The translations under genes and the position numbers were made by a program. From Chthoniobacteraceae bacterium (lineage in GTDB: Bacteria; Verrucomicrobiota; Verrucomicrobiia; Chthoniobacterales; Chthoniobacteraceae): DNA of 22,156 nt. The DNA lies in assembly GCA_031409335.1 (NCBI GenBank), contig JANNWY010000223.1, forward strand, positions 1 through 22,156, read 5' to 3'. This document shows positions 1 to 8,492 of the stretch, piece by piece. How positions within the stretch are numbered: the first letter of the stretch is position 1; every line of letters begins with the position of its first letter. The notes beneath the pieces were generated by a model that did not search any database, had not been told where the DNA came from, and saw only the letters and a list, made by a program, of their open reading frames with translations.

Positions 1-1032
1 GTCGAAGAAACCCTCGGTCGTGCTTTCCGCAAAATACGCGCCGACGAGTTGCTTGTCGTGATCGAGCATTGGCGCGACCGCGGCGCTGACGACATGGGCG
101 AGTTCGAAATATGCGAGGTCGATTTCGTCCGTGCGCCGAATCGCGGGCGTGAGATCGCCGTCGCCATTGGAGCCGTTCACGGATTCCGCGCGGGCGAGGA
201 GTTCCTTCTTGCTCAGCAGCACCAGTTGCGTCGTGGCGTGCGCGCCGACGAACGCACTCATCGCCTTCACCATCGCGCTTTTTTTCTCCACGACCTCCTG
301 GCCGGAAATGGACATCACGCGCCAGCGATCTCCTTCCAAAAGCAGCACCGAACAGCGTTCGCAGCCGATGAGATCGCGCCCGTAGTTCGACGAAAGCCGC
401 GCGACTTCCAGCGGATCGAGCGAACCGGCGAGATCGCTCGTGAATTTCAGCACATGCTGAAGCCGCTGCGTCTCGACCATGAGGCTGCCAAGCCGGCGCG
501 ACTGGAGGTGCTGCTCCACGTGTGTCGCGAGCGAAGTGAGGAAGGTGGCGAACTCCGCGTAATTCGCCGGAACCACGTATGGCTGCATCCACACTTGCAG
601 GACGCCGAGCACCTGATCCTTCAGAAAAAGTGGAACGTGAATGAAGGGATAAGGCGTGCGGTTTGCGTCAGGCGGCGCGGTCTGGAGCGCGGCCTGCACC
701 TGCGGATCGGGCGCGAAAACCATCGGCTGGCGCGATTTCACGACCTCGGTCAGAACCTTCAGGAGATTCGCCCGCTGCAGCTCGTCGCTCTGGAAAAGTG
801 ACGACTCAAATTCAACCGCCGCCGCCAGTTGGAATTCGTTTTTTCCCTCGGCGGACCGCTGCCCGACGAGCCACACGCCGCCGCCCTTGCCATCGCACGC
901 CTGGACGACACGGGTCAGATATTCCTGAAAAAACTCCTCGCTGCGGATGTCCCGTTTCGTCAGCGCGGCAATCTCATCGACAAGGCGCTGAATGCGATTG
1001 CGAGCTGCGTCGATGGATTGTTCCTGGGCCAT
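1..1032 (-). CDS. GAF-domain protein, probably the N-terminal part of a GAF + HlyD/efflux periplasmic adaptor protein (3' end runs off the window)
   Basis: Not in the ORF track because it has no stop in the window. Manual translation from ATG at 1032 is open to base 1: MAQEQSIDAARNRIQRLVDEIAALTKRDIRSEEFFQEYLTRVVQACDGKGGGVWL...VPLFLKDQVLGVLQVW...SLDPLEVARLSSNYGRDLIGCERCSVLL...SISGQEVVEKKS. Two GAF-like segments; resembles PVC GAF-HlyD proteins. The HlyD part is not visible. Confidence 0.75.
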   Translation of the reverse strand, partial: MAQEQSIDAARNRIQRLVDEIAALTKRDIRSEEFFQEYLTRVVQACDGKGGGVWLVGQRSAEGKNEFQLAAAVEFESSLFQSDELQRANLLKVLTEVVKSRQPMVFAPDPQVQAALQTAPPDANRTPYPFIHVPLFLKDQVLGVLQVWMQPYVVPANYAEFATFLTSLATHVEQHLQSRRLGSLMVETQRLQHVLKFTSDLAGSLDPLEVARLSSNYGRDLIGCERCSVLLLEGDRWRVMSISGQEVVEKKSAMVKAMSAFVGAHATTQLVLLSKKELLARAESVNGSNGDGDLTPAIRRTDEIDLAYFELAHVVSAAVAPMLDHDKQLVGAYFAESTTEGFFD

Positions 1033-1157
1033 GTGGGGTGCGAAAGTAGGTGGAGAGGGTCGAAAGGCAAGGTTCGCGGCGGCGGGTGATGAACTGTTTA
1101 TCACACAGGCCGGACGTGAATGCAAGAAGGCTGATGATCCGGCCTCAATCGGGGAAC

Positions 1158-2585
1158 TTATTCCGCGTTCGGACGTTCCCGTTTTAGGAGTACGTAACCG
1201 CTGGATTTTTCGGGAAGCTGCGGCAATTCGGCGAGCTTGCGATGCGGCTGGAAGTCGCGCCCGCGCTTTGCGAATTCCTTGTCGCTCATCACCAGCCAAT
1301 CGATCTCGCTGACCCGCCATTTTGCGAGCGCGGCATCGGGTTTGGTGAATTCCGGGCGCTGCGTGTAGAGCAGCATTCCCTCATCGCGTCCGCTCATCAC
1401 GGCGAGGCGTTCCGGTTGCGCGGCGGCGATTGCGCGCGCCTGATTTCCGAAACGCACGAGCCCGCCCTGATCGCGGCGGTAGCCGTCGGTGATTTCCCAG
1501 ATAGAAAAAACGGCGGTCACGATGAAGGCGAGCGTCGTGGCGGCGAGAGCGAGCCGCCGCCCGGAGATGCGCCACCGTGCGCCATCCGCGAGCGGCGCGA
1601 GGGTGGCGGCGAGCAGCAGGCAGAGCGGCGGGATGACGGGGAAGATGCGGTCGGCGCGTTTCGACGGGACGAGCGACATGAAGACCAGCCCACCGAGCGC
1701 CCAGCAGACGAGCCACAGTCGCGCGGGATCGCTTTGCAAAGCGGCGCGCACGTCCTTGCGAAAATGCAGCGCGATCAAGAGCACGCTCCACGGCGCGAAC
1801 ATCAGGAGCACTTTGGGAAGGTAAAAATAGACGGGCTGATTGTTGTGAACCGCAGCCTCGCCGACGGTGAAGCGCCCGAGGAATTCCACCTGCACGACCT
1901 GCTTGTAAAACTCGGGACTTTGCCAGATTCCGATGCCCGCCCACGCGGCAAAAACGAGCAGCGGCCCGAACCACGGCCACCAGCCCGCCCACGCGAGATT
2001 CTCCGCTTTCGCGCGCCGGCGCAGCCACCAAAAGGCAAGCAGCCCCGGCAGCAGGAAAGCGTAGGCGATCGGGCCTTTCGTGAGCATCGACGCGAGGACG
2101 ACGAGGAAAAGCAGCCAGCGATCGCGAGTGGTCCACGGCAGCGCGCGGCGCGTGTGCTCGTACACGGCGAAGCCCGCGAGAAAGATGCTGAACGCCAGCA
2201 GCATGTCCGTGCGCACCAGCGTCGCGAGCCGCTGGGTGAAATGATTCAGCCCGAACGCAGCCGCGGCGATGAAACCGCCTGCGAGCCGGCGCTCCGCCCG
2301 CCAGAGGATGACGAGCAATGCGACCGCGCAGAGCAGGCCGGGAAGACGCCACGCCACGTCCCAGCCGAGCGGCGAGAGCGCGGCGGAAATCCAGCCGGCG
2401 AGCGGCGGTTTCGTCGCGACTTTTCCGGTCGGCGTGTGCTGGAACCACCAGTTCCCGACTTCCACGATCTCGAAGGAAGTGAACGCCTGTTTCGCCTGAT
2501 CCTTGTCATCGAGATGCCACGGCAAATTCCGCACCGCGAGCAGCGCGACGATGACGGCGAAAAACAGGGCGATGCCGCGCTTCAT
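1158..2585 (-). CDS. ArnT/PMT-like (GT-C fold) membrane glycosyltransferase, putative lipid A modification
   Basis: 475 aa with many TM segments; motifs KPPL, RLP, RTDM, TKGP, H..P.YFY, SKR..R..P. Its start overlaps the lpxB stop (ATGA, 2582-2585). Confidence 0.85.
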   Translation of the reverse strand: MKRGIALFFAVIVALLAVRNLPWHLDDKDQAKQAFTSFEIVEVGNWWFQHTPTGKVATKPPLAGWISAALSPLGWDVAWRLPGLLCAVALLVILWRAERRLAGGFIAAAAFGLNHFTQRLATLVRTDMLLAFSIFLAGFAVYEHTRRALPWTTRDRWLLFLVVLASMLTKGPIAYAFLLPGLLAFWWLRRRAKAENLAWAGWWPWFGPLLVFAAWAGIGIWQSPEFYKQVVQVEFLGRFTVGEAAVHNNQPVYFYLPKVLLMFAPWSVLLIALHFRKDVRAALQSDPARLWLVCWALGGLVFMSLVPSKRADRIFPVIPPLCLLLAATLAPLADGARWRISGRRLALAATTLAFIVTAVFSIWEITDGYRRDQGGLVRFGNQARAIAAAQPERLAVMSGRDEGMLLYTQRPEFTKPDAALAKWRVSEIDWLVMSDKEFAKRGRDFQPHRKLAELPQLPEKSSGYVLLKRERPNAE

Positions 2586-3688
2586 TTGAGGGCTTCGCAG
2601 ATCGCATTCGCCGCGCGTCCGGCTGCGCCGCCCGCGCCGAGTTTCGCGGTCACCTCCGCGAGATCGCGCTCCATTTTTGCCCGCGCGTTTTCATCGGTGA
2701 GCAGGCGGCGCATTTCCTCCGCGATGGCTTCCGGCTGCGCGGCGTCCTGCAAAAACTCCCGCACGATTTCGCGTTCGGCGAGGATGTTTGGCATTCCGAG
2801 AAATGGCACGCGCACGAGCCGTTTGCCGACTTCCCAAGTGAGCCACGCGACTTTGTAAATGAGCACGAGCGGCATTCCAAAATACGCCGACTCCAGCGTG
2901 GCCGTGCCCGATGCGACCATGCCCGCGCCGGCGCGCTGCATGAGCCCGTGCGAATCGCGGAGCGTGAACGTGATGCCGGAATCGGCCCCCGCGATGGCGC
3001 GCATCATCGCCTCCAATTGCGGCGATGCGGCCGCCGCCTCGAAGCGCACCGTGCTATCCGACTCTCGCAATCGCATTGCCGCTTCGATCATCACCGGGAA
3101 AATTTTTGAGACTTCCTTTCCGCGACTCCCCGGAAAAAGTCCGACCAATTTTAGATCGCGCGACGCGCCCGTTTTTTTCGCGGCAAAAGAGTCGATCATC
3201 GGATGGCCGACGAACTCGGTTTTGAGCCCGGACTTTTCGTAGAGCGGTTTTTCAAACGGGAAAATGCACAGCATCAAATCCAGCATCCGCGCCATCTTCG
3301 GGATGCGTCCGCGATGCCACGCCCAGACCTGCGGGCTGATGTAATAGATGACCTTCACCGCCGAATGCCGCGCGCGCACGGCTTTCGCGAGTCGCAGATT
3401 GAAGCCGGGATAATCAATGAGGATCAGCGCACTCGGCGCGACGCGCTCGATGTCCGCGAGCATCCGGTCGAACTGCGCTTTGAAGTAACCGTATTTTTTC
3501 AACACATCCCAAAGCCCGACCACTGCCTCATCCGCCCAATCCACAAAATCGCCGCCCGCCAGCACCCGCATCTCGCGCCCGCCCGCGCCGAAAAAATTCA
3601 GCGCGGGATCGCGCTCGCGCAGCGCCCGCATCAACTCCACCCCACGCGCATCGCCGCTCGCCTCGCCGGCCACGAGATAGAGCTTCAT
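2582..3688 (-). CDS. lpxB: Lipid-A-disaccharide synthase
   Basis: Motifs VAGEASGD, IDYPGFN, YYISPQVWAW, IFPFE, FVGHP, PGSR, SGTATLE, PNILA...EFLQ. Confidence 0.97.
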   Translation of the reverse strand: MKLYLVAGEASGDARGVELMRALRERDPALNFFGAGGREMRVLAGGDFVDWADEAVVGLWDVLKKYGYFKAQFDRMLADIERVAPSALILIDYPGFNLRLAKAVRARHSAVKVIYYISPQVWAWHRGRIPKMARMLDLMLCIFPFEKPLYEKSGLKTEFVGHPMIDSFAAKKTGASRDLKLVGLFPGSRGKEVSKIFPVMIEAAMRLRESDSTVRFEAAAASPQLEAMMRAIAGADSGITFTLRDSHGLMQRAGAGMVASGTATLESAYFGMPLVLIYKVAWLTWEVGKRLVRVPFLGMPNILAEREIVREFLQDAAQPEAIAEEMRRLLTDENARAKMERDLAEVTAKLGAGGAAGRAANAICEALK

Positions 3689-3796
3689 TTCGAGATACGA
3701 CTTGCGAATGCGGGCATTCGTTTCCTCTTACGCGCTCACATGCCGCGTCCAAAGTCCAAAGTCCGCCACGCCGGTATTGAAGCGCGCGGTGGTGCC

Positions 3797-3960
3797 CCGG
3801 GTAGCACGCTCGTCCCGAGCGTTGGTCCCCGCGTCCCGCGGAGACGAACTTTCCTCGCGCGCCGCTCCGGTGTGCGTTCACGAGTTCAGAGCCGGTGCGG
3901 CAGGAAAGTTCGTTTCGGCGGGACGCCGAAACCAACGCTCGGGACGAGCGTGCTACCCGG
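3797..3960. repeat. REPIN-like doublet, copy 1: two inverted GTAG-type REPs, 164 bp
   Basis: Perfect 30-bp terminal inverted repeat CCGGGTAGCACGCTCGTCCCGAGCGTTGGT (3797-3826 / 3931-3960), extending imperfectly to about 59 bp. Each arm is GTAG followed by the hairpin ACGCTCG-TCC-CGAGCGT. A second copy lies at 7049-7212. Confidence 0.9.
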
Positions 3961-3981
3961 AATCCAACGCGCACATTTTCC

Positions 3982-6393
3982 ATGAAGTTGGGAATCGAAA
4001 CTTGGTTCGCCGCGCGCGGATGGAAACCTCTCCCGTTTCAGCGCGAAGCGTGGGCCGCATACGCACGCGGCGAAAGCGGCCTCATCCACGCGCCGACCGG
4101 GCTCGGCAAAACGCTCGCGGCCTGGATGGGACCGGCCGCGGAATCCAGCAACGAGGACGGTTTGCGCGTGCTGTGGATCACGCCGCTGCGGGCGCTCGCG
4201 GCGGATACGGTGCGCAGTTTGCAGGAAGCGCTGGGTGGAAAAAAAGTGGAGGCACGCACGGGCGATACTTCCAGCTCGGTACGCGCGCGGCAAAAGCTGA
4301 AACCGCCTTTTGCGCTCGTCACCACGCCGGAAAGTTTGTCGTTGATGCTCACGGATGAAGTGCGCGTCGCGCAGTTGCGCGGACTCCGCGCGGTGGTCGT
4401 GGATGAATGGCACGAGCTGCTCGGCTCAAAGCGCGGCGTGCAGACCGAGCTGTGTCTCTCGCGCCTCCGCTCGCTCCAGCCGACGCTGCGCATCTGGGGA
4501 CTTTCGGCGACAATTGGAAATCTCGATGAAGCGATGCGCGTGCTGCTCGGCAGTCGCGCGGCGGAAGGGCGGCTGATCCACGGCAAGGATCGCAAGCGCA
4601 TCGAAGTGGAAACGCTGATGCCGGAAGACGTGGAGACATTTCCATGGAGCGGGCATCTCGGCGTGAAGCTGCTCGGCGCGGTGGTGGAAAGGATCGCGGC
4701 GGCGACGACGACGCTGCTTTTCACCAACACCCGGTCGCAGACGGAAATCTGGTTTCAGGAATTGCTGGCGACGCGGCCCGACTGGGCAAAAGATCTCGCG
4801 ATGCATCACAGCTCGATCGACCGCGCCGAGCGCGAGATCACCGAGCAGCGGCTCCGCGATGGCAGCGTGAAATGTGTGGTCTGCACATCCAGCCTCGATC
4901 TCGGCGTGGATTTTTCGCCCGTCGAGCAAGTGATGCAAGTGGGCAGCCCGAAAGGCATCGCGCGGCTGCTCCAGCGCGCCGGACGCAGCGGGCATCAGCC
5001 TGGGGCGGTGAGTCGCGTGCTCGGCGTGCCGACGAATGCGCTGGAGCTGATCGAGTTTTCCGCCGCACGCGAAGCGATGGACGCGCGCCGCATCGAGGTC
5101 CGCCGCCCCGTGGTGAAGCCGCTCGATCTTCTCGCGCAGCATCTCGTCACCGTCGCGCTCGGCAGCGGATTCCGCGCGGAGGAAATGCTCGCCGAAGTCC
5201 GCTGCACGCACGCTTTCGCCACGATCACGGACGAAGAATGGCGTTGGGTCATGACGTTCATCACCACCGGCGGCGCGCTGCACGCGTATCCGCAATATCG
5301 CAAAGTCACGCGCGACGACACCGGCCTGCACCGCCTCACCGATGAAAGGATGGCGCGCCTTCACCGGATGAATATCGGCACGATCGTCGCGGGCGCGGGC
5401 GTCGCGTTGCGGCTGAAAAACGGGCGCAGCCTTGGCAGCGTCGAGGAGTGGTTCATCGCGGGGATCAAGCCGGGCAAGTGTTTCATCTTCGGCGGGCGCT
5501 GCTGGGAACTCGTGCGCGTGAACGGTCTCGTCGCGACGGTGCAGGTGCCCTCGAAGAAAAATCCGCGCGGCGAAATCCCGTCGTGGCAGGGCGGCAAAAG
5601 TCCGCTCTCCTCCGAACTGTCCGCCGCCGTCGGCGAAAAGCTGCTGCGCTTTCGCGAAGGCCGCGCGGACACTTCGCCGGAGATGAAAAAGGTCGCGCCG
5701 ATCCTGCGCGTGCAGGCGAAGTGGTCGATCGTGCCGCGCCCGGATGAATTGCTCATTGAGCAAACCGCGACGCGCGACGGCCACCACATTTACCTCTACC
5801 CATTTGCCGGTCGGCTCGTGAATGGCGCGCTCGGCACGCTGCTCGGCTATCGCCTTGGCAAAGCCACGCCGCTCACGCTGCGCGTCACGCCAAACGACTA
5901 CGGCGTGGAACTGAGCGGACGCGAATTGCTCGAACTCACCGCAGCCGAATGGCGCGCGCTGCTTTCCCCGGACGATCTGCTCGAAGACGTGCTCGCCTCG
6001 GTGAACGCCGCCGAACTCGGCCGCCATCACTTCCGCGAAATCGCGCGCGTCGCCGGGCTCATCATGAGCGGTTCGCCCGGCGCGCGGCCGACCATGAAAT
6101 CGCTGCAAGCCAGCAGCGGCCTGCTCTACGATGTCTTCGCGCGCTACGATCCGGGAAACTTGCTGATGGAGCAGTCGCAGCGCGAAGTGCTCGAACGGCA
6201 GATGGATTTCACGCGCCTGCGCGAAACGATGGAAGCCATGCAACAGCGCGTCATCGTTTTGAAAAAATGCGAGCGCCTCACGCCGCTCGCCTTCCCGCTG
6301 TGGGCCGATCGCATCTCGCACTCCGTCGATACCGAAGACCCCGCCGCCACGCTCGCGCGGATGCTGGATGAACTCGAAACCGCCGCGCGCTGA
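3982..6393 (+). CDS. lhr: Ligase-associated DNA damage response DEXH-box helicase (Lhr-core family)
   Basis: Walker A APTGLGKT, ITPLRAL, TTPESL, VVVDEWHE, SAT, FTNTRS, TSSLDLGVDF, QRAGRSGH, FREIARVAGL. Start set at ATG 3982 (MKLGIETWF) because the longer ORF start at 3895 lies within the repeat. Confidence 0.95.
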   Translation: MKLGIETWFAARGWKPLPFQREAWAAYARGESGLIHAPTGLGKTLAAWMGPAAESSNEDGLRVLWITPLRALAADTVRSLQEALGGKKVEARTGDTSSSVRARQKLKPPFALVTTPESLSLMLTDEVRVAQLRGLRAVVVDEWHELLGSKRGVQTELCLSRLRSLQPTLRIWGLSATIGNLDEAMRVLLGSRAAEGRLIHGKDRKRIEVETLMPEDVETFPWSGHLGVKLLGAVVERIAAATTTLLFTNTRSQTEIWFQELLATRPDWAKDLAMHHSSIDRAEREITEQRLRDGSVKCVVCTSSLDLGVDFSPVEQVMQVGSPKGIARLLQRAGRSGHQPGAVSRVLGVPTNALELIEFSAAREAMDARRIEVRRPVVKPLDLLAQHLVTVALGSGFRAEEMLAEVRCTHAFATITDEEWRWVMTFITTGGALHAYPQYRKVTRDDTGLHRLTDERMARLHRMNIGTIVAGAGVALRLKNGRSLGSVEEWFIAGIKPGKCFIFGGRCWELVRVNGLVATVQVPSKKNPRGEIPSWQGGKSPLSSELSAAVGEKLLRFREGRADTSPEMKKVAPILRVQAKWSIVPRPDELLIEQTATRDGHHIYLYPFAGRLVNGALGTLLGYRLGKATPLTLRVTPNDYGVELSGRELLELTAAEWRALLSPDDLLEDVLASVNAAELGRHHFREIARVAGLIMSGSPGARPTMKSLQASSGLLYDVFARYDPGNLLMEQSQREVLERQMDFTRLRETMEAMQQRVIVLKKCERLTPLAFPLWADRISHSVDTEDPAATLARMLDELETAAR

Positions 6394-6396
6394 CGC

Positions 6397-7056
6397 ATGG
6401 AAATCGAGATCGACGGCCACCCGCTTCGCTTGCTCGCCGATGGCGCTGCCTTCGATCCGGCGACGCGCACGCTCTTCGTCGCCGATTTGCATTTGGGAAA
6501 AACCACCATTTTTCGCCAAGCTGGGATCGCGCTACCGGAAGGTCCAGATGCCACAATCCTCGCACGCCTCGCGCTACTCATCGCGGGCACCGGCGCGGAA
6601 TCGCTCGTCATTCTCGGCGACGTTTTCCACGCACGCGCCTCCGGCATCGAATGCACGCTGGCGAAGTTGCACACCGCGCATCCGCGATTTCGCCTGCGCA
6701 TCGTTCCCGGAAATCACGACCGGCGCATTCCGTGGCGCGAGTGGCTGCCGGGTGCTGAAATTTTAGCAGAGGGCGATTGCGCCGGTCCCTTTCGCGTCGC
6801 ACATCATCCGCCGGGGAAAGCTGAAGCCATCACGCTTTGCGGGCACCTGCATCCCGGTATCGCCATCGGCAAAGCGCGCGAACGCAAACTCCGAGTCCCG
6901 TGTTTCTGGCTGCGTCGCAGTGCGCTCGTGCTGCCAGCGTTTGGGGAGTTCACCGGCCTGCAAATGATCGAGCGCGAACCAGGCGATCGCGTGTGGATTG
7001 CCGCGAATGGGAAGGTCGTGGATCTGCCGACGCGTGGCGCGAGGGACTCCGGGTAG
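6397..7056 (+). CDS. pdeM: Ligase-associated DNA damage response metallophosphoesterase/endonuclease
   Basis: Motifs ADLHLGK, LGDVFH, GNHD, HHP, GHLHP, LPAFGEFTG; starts 3 bp after the Lhr stop, the known Lhr-PdeM pairing. The stop codon lies in the repeat. Confidence 0.93.
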   Translation: MEIEIDGHPLRLLADGAAFDPATRTLFVADLHLGKTTIFRQAGIALPEGPDATILARLALLIAGTGAESLVILGDVFHARASGIECTLAKLHTAHPRFRLRIVPGNHDRRIPWREWLPGAEILAEGDCAGPFRVAHHPPGKAEAITLCGHLHPGIAIGKARERKLRVPCFWLRRSALVLPAFGEFTGLQMIEREPGDRVWIAANGKVVDLPTRGARDSG

Positions 7057-7212
7057 CACGCTCGTCCCGAGCGTTGGTCTTCGCGTCTCGCGGAGACGAA
7101 CTTTCAAAACACGTCTTCTCGGAACTCGTTCACGAACTCCGTAGCCACTGCGTTGGAAAGTTCGTTTCGGCGGGACGCCTAAACCAACGCTCGGGACGAG
7201 CGTGCTACCCGG
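7049..7212. repeat. REPIN-like doublet, copy 2 (164 bp)
   Basis: Same 30-bp terminal inverted repeats and same length as 3797-3960; diverged spacer; lies between convergent genes. Confidence 0.9.
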
Positions 7213-8239
7213 AACCCGCGTGCGTGCGATTGTGCTCTTCGATGAGGCGCGTGATTTCCAGCGCGAGTTCGAGCGCGGCGGTGGCTTCGCGTCCGCTCAC
7301 TTTCGGTTGCGCGCCGGCGCGGGCGCATTCGAGGAAGGCGGCGAGTTCGCGTTTCAGCGGCTCGCCTTTGTCGATCTCCACGGGCTCGCGCACGATCCTG
7401 CGGCCCGCGAATTCCGTGACGATTGTCGAATCAGTCGCGACTCCGAGAATTTTCCCGAGGAAGGAACTTTCCTTTTCATCGTCGCGCGCGAGTCGGAGGA
7501 GGTAGCCCTCTTGTTTTTGGTAATCGAGCGAGAGATACGCGTCCTGCTGGAAGACGCGGATTTTGCGGAGGCGATCCTGGCTGATGCGGCTCGCGGTGAT
7601 GTTCACGACGCAGCCGTTTTCAAAATGCAGCCGCACATTCGCAATGTCCTCGCCACGGCTCAGCACGGGCACGCCGACCGCATCGACGCTGCGCACTGGC
7701 GAGCGCACGAGGTGCAGCACGATTTCGAGATCGTGGATCATCAGGTCGAGCACGACGCCGATATCGAGACTGCGGCCGGGATACGGCGAGAGCCGCGAGA
7801 CTTCGATGAAGCGGGGTTGCGTGAGGCGGGCTTCGAGCGCGGTGAGCGCGGGGTTGAAGCGCTCGATGTGCCCGACTTGCAGCACGAGCCCGCGCTCCTG
7901 CGCCAGCGCGGAAAGGGCGCGCGCATCCGCTGTCGTCTCCGTGATCGGCTTTTCCACGAGCACGTGTTTGCCGCGTTCGAGGAGAAACTTTGCGACTTCA
8001 AAATGGGAAGGCGTCGGAGTCGCGATTGTTGCTGCATCCACGAGCGTCGCAAATTCTTCCAGCGAACCCGTGGCTTTCGCGCCGAACTTCGCCGCGAGTT
8101 CATTCGCGGTCGCCGCGTTGGTGTCGCAGATCGCGGCGAAGTGCGCGTCGCCGAGTTCCGCCAGCACGCGCGCGTGATTGCGCCCGATGCTGCCGGTGCC
8201 GACGACGCCTGCGCGGATGGGGTTGGGTGAAGTGGACAC
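7205..8239 (-). CDS. Gfo/Idh/MocA oxidoreductase, GnnA-like (putative UDP-GlcNAc 3-dehydrogenase)
   Basis: Rossmann GVVGTGSIG, HVLVEKPI, VGHIERFNPA, DLMIHD. Same strand as, and between, lpxI and lpxB. Start set at GTG 8239 (VSTSPNPIRAG); the upstream ORF extension does not look protein-like. Confidence 0.88.
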   Translation of the reverse strand: MSTSPNPIRAGVVGTGSIGRNHARVLAELGDAHFAAICDTNAATANELAAKFGAKATGSLEEFATLVDAATIATPTPSHFEVAKFLLERGKHVLVEKPITETTADARALSALAQERGLVLQVGHIERFNPALTALEARLTQPRFIEVSRLSPYPGRSLDIGVVLDLMIHDLEIVLHLVRSPVRSVDAVGVPVLSRGEDIANVRLHFENGCVVNITASRISQDRLRKIRVFQQDAYLSLDYQKQEGYLLRLARDDEKESSFLGKILGVATDSTIVTEFAGRRIVREPVEIDKGEPLKRELAAFLECARAGAQPKVSGREATAALELALEITRLIEEHNRTHAGSG

Positions 8240-8492
8240 GTCTTGGAAAAAGCGCGCGCAGTGTGCCACGACGCGCGCCTTTGCCAAGACCGATGGCGTG
8301 TTCACATGGATTGACCATGCACGACGATCGCTTCGACGTTTCTCCCGCCATAATTTCGCCGCTCCGCGACAGCATCGTGCGTCTCGCCACCAGCACTGCG
8401 GCGGCGCGGCACTACCCGCTTGGCGAATTGTTTGCGATTTGCGTCCTCGCCGCGATGATGACCGCGTTGGGGATACAACAAGAAACCGTCCT

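Noticed and set aside
49..801. 250-aa plus-strand ORF
   Set aside because: Antisense shadow of the minus-strand GAF-domain gene (1-1032); no recognisable motifs.
3895..3981. N-terminal extension of the Lhr ORF; likewise extensions at 8240-8512, 8178-8492, 10789-10848 and 20814-20921
   Set aside because: They lie in a repeat or in intergenic DNA; downstream starts match the family N-termini or signal peptides.
3702..4358. Similar peptide RVARSSRALV...GRACYP in several ORFs (3702-4358, 3528-3983, 6837-7505)
   Set aside because: It is the translation of the REPIN copies; no evidence of a real protein.
4426..6519. Long antisense ORFs (697 aa here; also 1242-2858, 7202-8230, 11050-13542, 14284-16284, 17808-18869)
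   Set aside because: They mirror well-supported genes; long stop-free antisense frames are expected with high-GC codon usage.
3797..7212. Classical IS or composite transposon, or a CRISPR array
   Set aside because: No transposase and no clear flanking target duplication (the terminal CCGG is part of the palindrome); no regularly spaced repeat-spacer array or cas genes.
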